DNA of 64,000 bases from Phycisphaerae bacterium (GTDB lineage Bacteria > Planctomycetota > Phycisphaerae > UBA1845 > Fen-1342). The DNA is taken from contig CAXXWX010000026.1 in NCBI GenBank assembly GCA_963675745.2, forward strand, positions 480,001 to 544,000, in the 5' to 3' direction. The notes under the pieces are model-generated. The model saw nothing but the letters and a program-made list of their open reading frames with translations, had not been told where the DNA came from and searched no databases. Below are positions 38,568 through 48,441 of this stretch, one piece after another (position 1 is the first letter of the stretch; every line of letters begins with the position of its first letter). The position numbers were made by a program, and so were the translations under genes.

Positions 38568-38813
38568 GACAAGTGCCTCCCATGTGGCGGGAATCCGCCG
38601 GTGCGGCGCCGCACTCGGTATCATCGGCGCCCTGTAATCAGCGACTGTAGCGGGAGAGACGGTGCTCAGGCAATACCCTCGGCTGCGGTTCACCATCCGC
38701 GTCGGGCCGGCGCGGGGACTTCGCGCGCCGCTCATCCCGCGCGGCGTCGATTCATGCTATATTGACGGGATAGTGATGCGCGTCATATCACCGCGTGACG
38801 ACAGGAGAACCGC

Positions 38814-40208
38814 ATGTCCGCAGCCAAACCGCAGAGCCGTGTTTCGCTACCAGTCAGCGACCATCAGCCGGCACCCTACACCGGCCCAAGCCGCGACGAG
38901 ATCCTCAGCCTGCGCAGGGAGTACCTCAATCCGGGTATCCTGACGTACTACAAGGAGCCGCTCTGCATTGTCGAAGGGCACATGCAATACCTCTGGGATG
39001 AGACCGGCCGCCAGTACCTCGATGCAATCGCCGGCATCGTCACCGTCTCGGTCGGCCACTGCCACCCGAAGATCACCGAGCGCGTGCGCGAACAGGTCGG
39101 CAAGCTCGTCCACACCACGACGATATATCTGCACCCCACCATCGCTCAATATGCGCGCGAGCTCGCCCGCCGCATGCCCGACGGCTCGGACCTGAAGGTC
39201 TCCTACTTCACCAACTCCGGCAGCGAGGCGAACGAGCTCGCCGTGCTCATGGCCCGCATGCACACCGGCCGCCACGAGGTGCTTTCGCTGCGCAATTGTT
39301 ATCATGGCGGCTCGCGCGCGACGCTGGACCTCACCGCCGTCGGAACCTGGAAGTACCCGGTCGCCGGCCCCGGCGGCGTGAAGCACGTGCCGCCCGGGTA
39401 TTGCTACCGTTGCCCGTTTGGCCTGACCTACCCGGCGTGCGACATGAAGTGCGCTCGCAGCGTCGAAGACGTGATCCGCTATGAAACGTGTGGACAGGTG
39501 GCGGCGTTCATCGCCGAGCCAATCCAGGGTGTCGGCGGCGCGGTCTGCCCGCCGCCCGAGTTCTTTGGCATCGTCTACGATATCGTGCGCAAGTATGGCG
39601 GCCTGTGCATCGCCGACGAGGTGCAGACCGGCTTCGGCCGCACGGGCGAGCATTACTGGGGCTTCCAGAACTGGGGCGTGGTGCCCGACATGGTCACCAT
39701 GGCCAAGGGCATCGGCAATGGCGCTCCACTCGGCGGCTGCACCACCAAGCCCGAGATCGCCAAGCACATGGCCCAGCGCCTGCACTTCAACACCTTCGGC
39801 GGCAACCCGGTCTCGGTGCTCCAGGGGCTGTCAACGCTGGAGATCATCGACGAGGAGAAGATCCAGCAGCGCGCCAAGGACGTCGGCGGCTATCTCAGGC
39901 AGAAGCTGCTCGAATTGCAGGAAAAGCACGCCCTGATCGGCGAAGTCCGCGGCCTGGGCCTGATGCTCGGCGTCGAGCTGGTGAAGGATCGCGAAACGAA
40001 GGAGCCCGCCGTCGCCGAAGCCGCCGACGTGGTGGAGAAGGCAAAAGACCGCGGCCTGCTGCTCGGCAAGGGCGGCCTCTACGGCAACGTAATCCGCATC
40101 AAGCCGCCGATGTGCATCACGAAGGCCGATTGCGATTTTCTGGTTGATTGTTTGGATGAGTGTATGGGGTATGGGGGGCGCGAAGAAGCCGCTACGCGAC
40201 CGTGGTAA
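38814..40208 (+). CDS. Class III PLP aminotransferase, AGXT2/PYD4-like (probable beta-alanine aminotransferase)
   Basis: NSGSEANE, YHG, EPIQGVGG, IADEVQTGFGRTG, TMAKGIGNG, HFNTFGGNP; substrate inferred from context. Confidence 0.88.
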   Translation: MSAAKPQSRVSLPVSDHQPAPYTGPSRDEILSLRREYLNPGILTYYKEPLCIVEGHMQYLWDETGRQYLDAIAGIVTVSVGHCHPKITERVREQVGKLVHTTTIYLHPTIAQYARELARRMPDGSDLKVSYFTNSGSEANELAVLMARMHTGRHEVLSLRNCYHGGSRATLDLTAVGTWKYPVAGPGGVKHVPPGYCYRCPFGLTYPACDMKCARSVEDVIRYETCGQVAAFIAEPIQGVGGAVCPPPEFFGIVYDIVRKYGGLCIADEVQTGFGRTGEHYWGFQNWGVVPDMVTMAKGIGNGAPLGGCTTKPEIAKHMAQRLHFNTFGGNPVSVLQGLSTLEIIDEEKIQQRAKDVGGYLRQKLLELQEKHALIGEVRGLGLMLGVELVKDRETKEPAVAEAADVVEKAKDRGLLLGKGGLYGNVIRIKPPMCITKADCDFLVDCLDECMGYGGREEAATRPW

Positions 40209-40315
40209 GAGCCGCACGACCATAGCAACCTGCGTGAGACAAGATGTCATCAGGCGGCGGTGCCACAAGCTGCCATATTTTGTGGCATTTTTCTGATGGC
40301 ACCTATTGCAACGGG

Positions 40316-40734
40316 ATGGAGTTGCGATATTATGCGATGATGCTAAGTCCCTCGGCACAAAACGAACTTCAACGCGAGCTTGAACGCCTCCGGACTCTCG
40401 CCGGAGCGGTTGAGGCAAGATCAAGGGCATTGAGGCGCTACTTGAGCCAGATATGGGGTTAAGCGCCGACGGCGATCAGTCGGCGCGCACCGGCGACAAG
40501 GAGACGCTAGCATCGCGAATTCGCGCAATCTTGCACAACACAACGAAACCGATATCAACGCGGCAAATCACCGCGATGTTGAAGTCCCAGGGTGTCGAAT
40601 CGCGTGGCAAAACCAGCCTTGCGACGCTCGTATCGAGTGAATTGTGGCGTTTGGCACAACGCCCCGATAGCGGCGTGAGCAAGGTGCATCATGGTGTGTA
40701 CCGCTATCGACGCCCGACGAGCGAAGGAGAGTAG
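40316..40734 (+). pseudogene. Small coiled-coil plus winged-helix protein split by a 1-bp frameshift
   Basis: Frame A (ELQRELERLRTLA...ALRRY) and frame B (RIRAIL...PISTRQITAML...VSSEL..L...VHHGVY) join with one extra G near 40444. Confidence 0.55.
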
Positions 40735-40883
40735 GCGACGCCGCGATCTTCGATGAAAAGCCCGGTCGAACCGCAGACCAACGGAGCACGACCGGGCTTG
40801 GTGACTGAGTCCCGTACGGAGGACCCGATGCCAACGGGCAGCCTCCTGCGGGCTCGGTCCGTATTATACCACCAGAAGCGATG

Positions 40884-40956
40884 GTGTGCCACTGCTCTTG
40901 AGCAGTGCGGAAGCCGCATCGCGCTCGGACGACACTGCTCAAGAGCAGTGGCACAC
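40884..40956. repeat. Perfect 24-bp inverted repeat pair (REP-like)
   Basis: GTGTGCCACTGCTCTTGAGCAGTG / CACTGCTCAAGAGCAGTGGCACAC. Confidence 0.85.
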
Positions 40957-41070
40957 ATTTGCAGCACACGCGGCGGGCACAGCGCACCATCATCTCGCTC
41001 AGTGATGCGCGCCGTCGTCGGGCACGGTGGCCCGCCGCTACGGGTGAACTGAAGCTACCTTCTTGCTGCC

Positions 41071-41198
41071 CTATTCCACAAACCCCAGCGCCTCCTCGTG
41101 CATGCCGCCGGTGATGGGGCCTTCGATTTCCTTGGTGCTGATGTCGTCCCGAACCGGGTAGACGTGCGCGCGTTGCATGTGGCCGACACGGCGCTGCT
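41071..41198 (-). pseudogene. Decayed duplicate of the 3' end of the preT-preA fusion gene
   Basis: Aligns without gaps to 43243-43370; TKEIEGPITGGMHEEALGFVE* versus TKEIEGPITGGMHEDALEFVE*; Cys codons mutated. Confidence 0.88.
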
Positions 41199-41379
41199 TG
41201 CCGCGTAGGCACACGCGGTAATTGGTGCCTCGGCGTGGCGGTCGAATGGCTATGGGACCCAAGAAGACTGTTGGGCCGGCAGGCCCGACGGCGTATGATG
41301 GTTCTACCGCGCGTACGGGCGTCAGTGCGGCCTGAATGTCGCGGATTCGGGGGGATACGGATCAGAGGGGCGAGGAGAA

Positions 41380-43071
41380 GTGAGGATGGAGCTTTCGTTT
41401 CTGGGGCTTACGGCGCGACGCGGCGTCGTTCTGATCGTGTGCGCACTCTGCGCCGGCGCGACGCTGGCCGATGTCCCCGCCTTTATGCAAAAGCCATCGC
41501 CGCAGCATATTCGCATCATGTGCTACAACGTCAACTGGGACTCTATCTTCGAGAACGGCGATCCCGACAATCACGATTGGCGCGCGTACGACATGTCTGA
41601 CCAGTTCGTGCGCGTTGTAACGGCGATAGACCCGGACATTGTCTGCCTTCAGGAGATCAATTCGGATCGTAACCCGCAGGACGTAGCCGACATTCTGGAC
41701 GCCGCACTGCCGCTGGGTGGCGGGGAGATGTGGCGGGCCCATAGTGGAACGGACAATGTCATCGCCGCCCGCTTCGACCTCTCTATGCTCGCCACCGACA
41801 CGATTCCAACGACCAATCGCGATCAGGCGATGGCGCTGGTCGATTTGCCCGACGGCACCTACAGCACCGATCTGTATCTGATGAATGCCCACTTCAAAGC
41901 CGGCGGGACCAGCAGCGACATCAGTCGGCGCCAACAGCACGCCGACGCAATCATTCACTGGATCGGCGATATCAAGACCGCCGGCGGCTACATCAACCTC
42001 CCCGCCGACACACCCATCGTCGTGCTCGGCGACCTGAACGTGTATGACACCGACCCGGCGCATCACCTGACCACGTTGATCACCGGCGACATCGTTAATC
42101 AGGGAACCTATGGATCTGACGTGGCGCCAGACTGGGATGATACCGACAACACCGACGCCCTGCCGTTGCACAACGCGGTTGGGCCGGACTTCTACACGTG
42201 GCGCGCTGACTCAGGCTCGTATAACCCCGGCGCACTGGATCGCATCATCTACACGGACAGCGCCGCCTCCGTCGACCACGGCTTCGTGCTGAACACCACC
42301 ACTATGAGTTCCGGTGACCTCGCCGCCGCCGGCCTGCAAGCCAACGATGTCGTCATTGATCCCGGCAGCGGATATTTTGATCACTTGCCCCTGGTCGTTG
42401 ACCTGCTACCGCCAGGCGCGCAACAAGAGTACACGCTGACGATCAACATCATCGGCAATGGCTCCGTAACCCAGGTCCCAGACCAGGCGACTTACACGTA
42501 TGGACAGGACGTGGACTTGACGGCGAACGCCGCCATGGGCTGGACGTTTGACCACTGGAGCGGCGATCTCGGCGGCAGCGCCAACCCCGAGACTATTACC
42601 ATGGACGGCGACAAGACCGTCACCGCGTACTTCACTCAGGACCAATACACGCTGACGGTAAACATCGTCGGCAATGGCTCCGTAACCCAGGTCCCAGACC
42701 AGGCGACCTACACGTATGGACAGGATGTGGACCTGACGGCGAACGCCGGCATGGGCTGGACGTTTGACCACTGGAGCGGCGATCTCGGCGGCAGCGCCAA
42801 CGACGAGACGATCACCATGGTTGGCAACAAAACGGTCACGGCCGTCTTTCTCGTGCTGGATATTGCCGGCGATCTCGATACCGACGGCGACGTGGATTTT
42901 GCCGACTACGCGATCTTCACCGATTGCATGGCCGGCCCGGACGTGACGACGCCGCCAACAGGGTGTGATCCGGCCGATTTCGCCGAGGCTGACATGGACA
43001 GCGACGGCGACGTCGATATCGACGACCTCAGCCTGTTCCAGGTCGCGTTCACAGGCGACGGATGGGGATGA
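41380..43071 (+). CDS. Secreted endonuclease/exonuclease/phosphatase (EEP) protein with two InlB-B-like repeats and dockerin-like tail
   Basis: Signal peptide; YNV, CLQE, NAHFK, GDLN, LDRI, DHLP motifs; two 72-aa repeats; GDLDTDGDVDFADY and DMDSDGDVDIDD. Confidence 0.88.
   Translation: MRMELSFLGLTARRGVVLIVCALCAGATLADVPAFMQKPSPQHIRIMCYNVNWDSIFENGDPDNHDWRAYDMSDQFVRVVTAIDPDIVCLQEINSDRNPQDVADILDAALPLGGGEMWRAHSGTDNVIAARFDLSMLATDTIPTTNRDQAMALVDLPDGTYSTDLYLMNAHFKAGGTSSDISRRQQHADAIIHWIGDIKTAGGYINLPADTPIVVLGDLNVYDTDPAHHLTTLITGDIVNQGTYGSDVAPDWDDTDNTDALPLHNAVGPDFYTWRADSGSYNPGALDRIIYTDSAASVDHGFVLNTTTMSSGDLAAAGLQANDVVIDPGSGYFDHLPLVVDLLPPGAQQEYTLTINIIGNGSVTQVPDQATYTYGQDVDLTANAAMGWTFDHWSGDLGGSANPETITMDGDKTVTAYFTQDQYTLTVNIVGNGSVTQVPDQATYTYGQDVDLTANAGMGWTFDHWSGDLGGSANDETITMVGNKTVTAVFLVLDIAGDLDTDGDVDFADYAIFTDCMAGPDVTTPPTGCDPADFAEADMDSDGDVDIDDLSLFQVAFTGDGWG
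42430..42850 (+). repeat. 216-bp near-identical intragenic tandem duplication
   Basis: Units start at 42430 and 42646, both encoding YTLT...GWTFDHWSGDLGGSAN...KTVTA. Confidence 0.9.
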
Positions 43072-43242
43072 GCGCGAGGAGTCGGATCGCACGCCCGCTG
43101 CTGGTGAAATGGGCGTGTGGTACGGATAGCTGGTTGAGTTCGCGCATCTCCTGACGCCGGCGCGGCGGCTTCGCCTGTGATCCATCGCGCGGGGGGCGGC
43201 CGCTACACTCGGAATCTGGCGCTCCGGAACGGCCGAAGCGTG

Positions 43243-45828
43243 CTATTCCACAAACTCCAGCGCGTCTTCGTGCATGCCGCCGGTGATGGGGCCTTCGATT
43301 TCCTTGGTCGTGATGCAGTCCCACACCGGGCAGACGTGACCGCACAGCACGCAGCCGACGCAGCGCTGCTCGTCGACTTCGGCTTTGCGCTTGAGCGGGT
43401 CGAAACGCATCGCCTGGTTGGCACCGTCGTGGCAAACGATGTGACACAGGCCGCAACCGATGCACTTGTCGGCATCCACCGTCGAGATCACGTGCCTGGT
43501 CTGATGATGCTCGGACGGGTCAACCGTGAACTCGAGCCCGCGGCCGACCAGCTCCGTTACCGACGCAAAGCCCTTGGCCTCCAGGTAGTCTTCCAGACCG
43601 CCGCACAGCGACGCGACGATGCGATAGCCATAGCGCATGACGGCGGTGGTGACCTGAAGGTTCGAGGCCCCCATCAGCAGGAACATGGCCGCGTCCCGCC
43701 AGGTCTCCAGTCCGCCGAGACCGGAGACGGGCAGGCCTAGCTCCTTGCTCTGGGCCAGCTCGGCGACGAAACGCAGGGCGATCGGCTTGACGGCCGGCCC
43801 CGAATAGCCGCTGATCGAGCCGCGGCCCTGGATAGTCGGCATCGGCGCGAACGTGTCGAGATCGACCTCGGTGATCGCCCGCAGCGTGTTGATCGCCGAG
43901 ATCGCGTCGGCACCGCCGGCCTTGGCGGCCAACGCCGGCGGGAGCATGTCGGTGATGTTCGGCGTCATCTTGGCCATGACCGGAATAGAGACGGCGTCTT
44001 TCACCACGCGCGTGAAACGCTCGAGCATGTCGTAGGCCTGGCCGATCTTGTGCCCGGCCCCCTCGACCGCCATCTGCGGGCACGAGAAGTTGAGCTCGAG
44101 CATGTCGGCGCCGGCGCCGGCGGCGCCGCGGGCCAGCTCGGCCCAACCCTCGTCCGAATAGCCCATGATGCTGACGATCAGCGGGCGGTCGGGGTAGTGC
44201 TGCTTCAACCACGCGATGTCCTTGAGGTTCTGCTTGTACGGGCGCTCGCTGATCATCTCGATGTTTTGCAAGCCGATGAAACGCTGGTCGCCGTGGTGCA
44301 GCGCATTAAGCCGCGGCGTCGGGTCGATAATCGCGTAGTCCTCTTCCAAACCGACGGTCTTGAACACCGCTCCACCCCAGCCGGCGTCAAAGGCCCGCGC
44401 CACCATCTCGGCCGTGTTCCCCACCGGCGATGACGACAGGCAGAACGGGTTCGGGAACTTCAAGCCGCAGAACTCGATTTCGAGACTGGGTCGCGTTGGC
44501 CTCGGCACGCTAACGGATGTGCGCAGCGGAAACGCGACGGCAATCGCCTCAGCGGCCATTTTGCCGTCCAGCACCGATGACGCGACCGTCTTGCCCACCG
44601 CCGCCAAGTCACCGCCGGCGAAAATCCGCGGATTCGAGGTCTGGAGAGTCTCCGCTTTCGTCTTTGGGCGACCGCCCTTCTCTCGTTTGAGCGTGCCGAG
44701 CAACTCCTGTGAGTCTTCCGACAGGCCCGCGCCGATCGCCTCAACCACCACGTCGGCCGGCAAGGTGAACGTCGAACCCGGAATATCCACGGCGTTGTCG
44801 GGCACAAAGCGCCCGGGCCGTTTCCAGCGAGTCTCCACGCCGCGCACAGCCTTGATCCGCCCATCCTGCCCGACAAACCGCGTCACGCGGCAGTTCGGTT
44901 TGAAGCGGATGCCCTCTTCAAATGCCAGCGTCTTCTCTTCGACGTCGGCGGGCAGCTCTTCCATGGCCTCCAGCGAGACCGCAAACACGCGCGTTGCGCC
45001 GAGTCGCTTGGCGGTGACCGCACAGTCCATCGCCACCGATCCGCCGCCGATTACGACGACACGTTTGCCCTTGACCGCCTTGCGAATCTTGCGCAGGCCG
45101 CGCTCACTCTCGCACTGTGCGAGGAAGGTATCCCACGGGTGAATGCCCTCCAGGTTCTTGCCCGGGACCTTCAATCGATAGGACTCATCACAGCCGGTGG
45201 CCAGAAAGACGGCGTCGTAGCCATCCTCGAGCAGCGCGCTTAGATCGTCGGCCGTCTCGAGCGCGTGACCGCATTCAAACTGCACGCCCAGCTTCTCAAT
45301 CAGGCCGATCTCGTGATCGAGCAGGTCGCGTGAGAGGCGGTGCGCCGGTATGCCATAGCGCAACAATCCCCCCGGCTTGGGCATCTTCTCATAGACAACG
45401 GCGGCGTAGCCCTTGAGCGCGAGACTGGCGGCGGCCGAGAGCCCGGCCGGTCCGGAACCGACTATTGCGATCTTGCGGTCACCGGGCGGCGGTGCGTACA
45501 AAACCTGCATGCCTTCGCGGCGTTCGTAATCCGCCAGAAACGCCTGAAGCTCATTAATGCGAATGGTCTCGTCGAGTCCGGAGCGCGTGCAGCCTCCCGC
45601 GCACAGCCGGCAGGTCGGGCAGACCTGGGCGGTCGTCGCGGCCAGTATGTTGTTTTGGCGCAGCGTCCGCACAGCGCCACGTATGTCGCCAAGCCGCAGC
45701 TTGAGAATAAACGTGGCCGGATCGGTGTCCGCCCCGCAGCCCGTGTTGCACGGCGCATCGTGGCACAACAGGCACCGCCCCGCCTCTGCGATGGCCCCCT
45801 GCAAGCTCAGAATTCCGTTGTTATTCAC
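43243..45828 (-). CDS. preA: Dihydropyrimidine dehydrogenase, fused PreT-PreA single chain
   Basis: CLLCHDAPC Fe-S domain, GSGPAG, GGGSVA, then NPFCLSS, ELNFSCP, KMTPN, SAINT and C-terminal 2x[4Fe-4S]. Confidence 0.93.
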   Translation of the reverse strand: MNNNGILSLQGAIAEAGRCLLCHDAPCNTGCGADTDPATFILKLRLGDIRGAVRTLRQNNILAATTAQVCPTCRLCAGGCTRSGLDETIRINELQAFLADYERREGMQVLYAPPPGDRKIAIVGSGPAGLSAAASLALKGYAAVVYEKMPKPGGLLRYGIPAHRLSRDLLDHEIGLIEKLGVQFECGHALETADDLSALLEDGYDAVFLATGCDESYRLKVPGKNLEGIHPWDTFLAQCESERGLRKIRKAVKGKRVVVIGGGSVAMDCAVTAKRLGATRVFAVSLEAMEELPADVEEKTLAFEEGIRFKPNCRVTRFVGQDGRIKAVRGVETRWKRPGRFVPDNAVDIPGSTFTLPADVVVEAIGAGLSEDSQELLGTLKREKGGRPKTKAETLQTSNPRIFAGGDLAAVGKTVASSVLDGKMAAEAIAVAFPLRTSVSVPRPTRPSLEIEFCGLKFPNPFCLSSSPVGNTAEMVARAFDAGWGGAVFKTVGLEEDYAIIDPTPRLNALHHGDQRFIGLQNIEMISERPYKQNLKDIAWLKQHYPDRPLIVSIMGYSDEGWAELARGAAGAGADMLELNFSCPQMAVEGAGHKIGQAYDMLERFTRVVKDAVSIPVMAKMTPNITDMLPPALAAKAGGADAISAINTLRAITEVDLDTFAPMPTIQGRGSISGYSGPAVKPIALRFVAELAQSKELGLPVSGLGGLETWRDAAMFLLMGASNLQVTTAVMRYGYRIVASLCGGLEDYLEAKGFASVTELVGRGLEFTVDPSEHHQTRHVISTVDADKCIGCGLCHIVCHDGANQAMRFDPLKRKAEVDEQRCVGCVLCGHVCPVWDCITTKEIEGPITGGMHEDALEFVE

Positions 45829-45863
45829 TGGAACACTCCGACAAAAAGAGGAGGTCTCTCGCC

Positions 45864-47261
45864 TCAGACCTGTCCCGGGCGGGAGCGCGGCACAAACTGG
45901 CCGTGCCCGTTGCGGCCCACGAACTTGTAGTTGTCAACGACCTGTACGCCGCGGCTGAACGTGTGCTCGGCAAAGCCAGCCAGCTCCCAGCCCTGGAACG
46001 GGCTCCAGTCGCAGTTGGTCTGCATCTTCCGCCAATCGACACGCCGCTTGTTGCGCGGATGAATGATTGCGATGTCGGCGTCGCTGCCGACCTGGAGCGT
46101 GCCCTTCTGCGGATAGAGCCCCATGATTTTCGCCGGCGCCGTGCAGCACTTCTCCACGAACTGGTTAACCGTGATCCGCCGGCCGAGCACGCCGCGCGTG
46201 TAGACTATCGGCAGGAGCGTCTCCAACCCGGGCATACCCATCGGGATCTTGGTCCAGTCGCCCTTCCACATGGCCTTTTGCTTGCGGTTAAACGTGCAGG
46301 TGTCGGTCGATACGGAGCAGACGTCGCCGTTGCGCAGCCCCTCCCACAGACGTTTCTGGTCGTGGAGCTTTTTGACCTGCGGACAGGTTCCGAACAGGTG
46401 GCCGTCTTTCCGTTTGAACACACTGTCATCAAGGGCGAGGTATTGGGCGCACGTCTCCGCGAGCACGTGGACGCCGTCTTCCTGGGCCTGCCGGACCAGG
46501 TCGGCCCCCTCGCCGGTGCTCATGTGTACGACGAAGAGCCGGCCACCGGTGACGCGGGCCCACTGAATGGCCCGCTGGATGGCCTCGGATTCGGTGAAGC
46601 ACGGGCGCGTCATCGTGTGCAGGTATGCGCCGTATTTCTTCATCTCGGCGCGGTTATGGTGGCGCTCGATGAGCATGTCGAGCACGCGGCTCGACTCGGC
46701 GTGAACACACAGCATGCCGCCCACGTCACGCAGCGTCTCCAGCGCCTCGTACATGGCCGCGTCATCAGACTGCCAGCCCTCCTTGGCATAGATCATGAAC
46801 TGCTTGAAGGTCGGGATGCCCCCATCGATCATGCGCGGGATGTCCTTCTTCTGCCGGGCCCAGTTCGTGATCGCAATGTGGAACGAGTAGTCCACGCAGG
46901 CCTTTCCCTCGGCTCGGCCGCGCCAATTGTCCACGGCCTGTTGCAGCGTCTCCTCGCCATAGGGAATCGCGAAGTCGATCAGCGTGGTGACGCCGCCGCA
47001 GGCTGCGGCGCGCGTGCCGGAGTCATAGTCATCGGCGGAGACGGTTCCGCAGAACGGCAGCGCCAGGTGTACGTGGGCATCGACGCCGCCGGGAATGACG
47101 TAGCGCCCCCGCGCATCGATGATCTGCGCGCCGTTGGTGCTGCCCGCGGCCAGGCGATTGCCGATGGCGGCAATTCGCTCGCCGCGGATTCCCAGGTCGG
47201 CGCGCGTAACCTCACCGGCCGTCACCAAACGTCCCCCTCGGATAATCGTGTCGAAGTTCAT
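45864..47261 (-). CDS. hydA: Dihydropyrimidinase
   Basis: PGGVDAHVH, GGVTT, FKQFM, VHAE, VVHMS, ETCAQYL, STDTC, IPMGMPG. Confidence 0.93.
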   Translation of the reverse strand: MNFDTIIRGGRLVTAGEVTRADLGIRGERIAAIGNRLAAGSTNGAQIIDARGRYVIPGGVDAHVHLALPFCGTVSADDYDSGTRAAACGGVTTLIDFAIPYGEETLQQAVDNWRGRAEGKACVDYSFHIAITNWARQKKDIPRMIDGGIPTFKQFMIYAKEGWQSDDAAMYEALETLRDVGGMLCVHAESSRVLDMLIERHHNRAEMKKYGAYLHTMTRPCFTESEAIQRAIQWARVTGGRLFVVHMSTGEGADLVRQAQEDGVHVLAETCAQYLALDDSVFKRKDGHLFGTCPQVKKLHDQKRLWEGLRNGDVCSVSTDTCTFNRKQKAMWKGDWTKIPMGMPGLETLLPIVYTRGVLGRRITVNQFVEKCCTAPAKIMGLYPQKGTLQVGSDADIAIIHPRNKRRVDWRKMQTNCDWSPFQGWELAGFAEHTFSRGVQVVDNYKFVGRNGHGQFVPRSRPGQV

Positions 47262-47535
47262 GGCGTTCCCTCGGAGTTGTTTCCACGTCGGTCTTACGAT
47301 GCTCATTCTCTGGCAGAGCATCACCAGCGGTCAAGCGTTTCGCCGTGGATACCAACAGCGCCGAGTCCAGACGGAACGCGGGAAAGGTCCATGGGGAGTC
47401 TCCCGCGCCTGGCTAAGGCGTGGCGTTTTGTGACGTGAAGACGTGGCCCGCATGTGGGGTGCCAGCAAACACTGGTTTTGCGCAAGAGCATATCCGCGCG
47501 GGCAATAGCTGGATGGGTGCGACCGCGGTTTGAGT

Positions 47536-48441
47536 TTACTCGTCACCCGCTGGAAACGCCCGCTCAACCGTCTCGAGATACGCCCAGCGTTCTTCGATCT
47601 GCGCCCGCAGATCGTCAGTATCGACGTCGATGGACGAATAGCGCCGCTGCCGGCTGATGTACTCCTCAACCGGAGTTCCGTTCGGCCGCACATTGATGCG
47701 CCAGCGCACGCCGTCAAACACTTCATAGACGGGGAACAAGCCACACCGAACGGCATAATCCACCAGGTCCACGCTCTGAGTCGGCTCACTCTTCCAGCCG
47801 GTCGGGCACGGCGAGAGCATCAGCAGAAAACGAAAGCCCCTCAGGCGTTTGGCCGTATTGAGCTTGCGCAGAAAGTCATCGCGGTGCGCGACTGACAACG
47901 TCGCGGCATAGGGCACACGGTGCGCCGCGATGATGGACATGATGTCTTTTTTGTTCTCGCGCTTGCCGCGCGGCGTGGTTGTCGTGCGAACATGCGCCGG
48001 CGTGGCGCCGCTGCGCTGCCCACCGGTGTTGCCGTAGATCTCGTTGTCGTAGCAGAAGTAGATCATGTTCTCGTTGCGCTCGGCGGCGGCCGAGATGGCG
48101 GCGAGCCCGATGTCATAGGTTCCGCCGTCACCGGCCCAGCACACGACGGGGCGTTTGTCGCCGTTAAGATCGCGCACCGCGGAGATCCCGGTGGCCATGG
48201 CCGACGAGCTGGCAAAGGTGGCCGCCATGGTCGGCACGGCATACGCGCTCGTGGGAAAAGCGCCCGCCGCCACGATTCCGCAGCAGGCCGGGATGACCAG
48301 GGTCGGCGTTTGTTTTCCCAGCGCCTCACCGAGCCACTGTAACCCCAGCGACATGCCGCAGCCGGCACAATTCGTATTCCCGGCGCGCAGCAGGCACTCC
48401 TGGCCGTCTGGTCGGACCTGGGTTTTGATTTCGGTGCTCAT
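47536..48441 (-). CDS. porB: 2-oxoacid:acceptor oxidoreductase beta subunit (TPP-binding)
   Basis: CAGCG, AGDGGTYDIG, YDNEIYGNTGGQRS, SPCPTGW. Confidence 0.9.
   Translation of the reverse strand: MSTEIKTQVRPDGQECLLRAGNTNCAGCGMSLGLQWLGEALGKQTPTLVIPACCGIVAAGAFPTSAYAVPTMAATFASSSAMATGISAVRDLNGDKRPVVCWAGDGGTYDIGLAAISAAAERNENMIYFCYDNEIYGNTGGQRSGATPAHVRTTTTPRGKRENKKDIMSIIAAHRVPYAATLSVAHRDDFLRKLNTAKRLRGFRFLLMLSPCPTGWKSEPTQSVDLVDYAVRCGLFPVYEVFDGVRWRINVRPNGTPVEEYISRQRRYSSIDVDTDDLRAQIEERWAYLETVERAFPAGDE

Noticed and set aside
41071..43370. Diversity-generating retroelement template/variable repeat pair
   Set aside because: Differences are not adenine-specific and no reverse transcriptase is present
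45903..47438. 511-aa plus-strand ORF (similarly 31223-32410, 37635-38765, 52410-53471, 58544-59857)
   Set aside because: Antisense shadows of well-supported genes with no recognisable motifs
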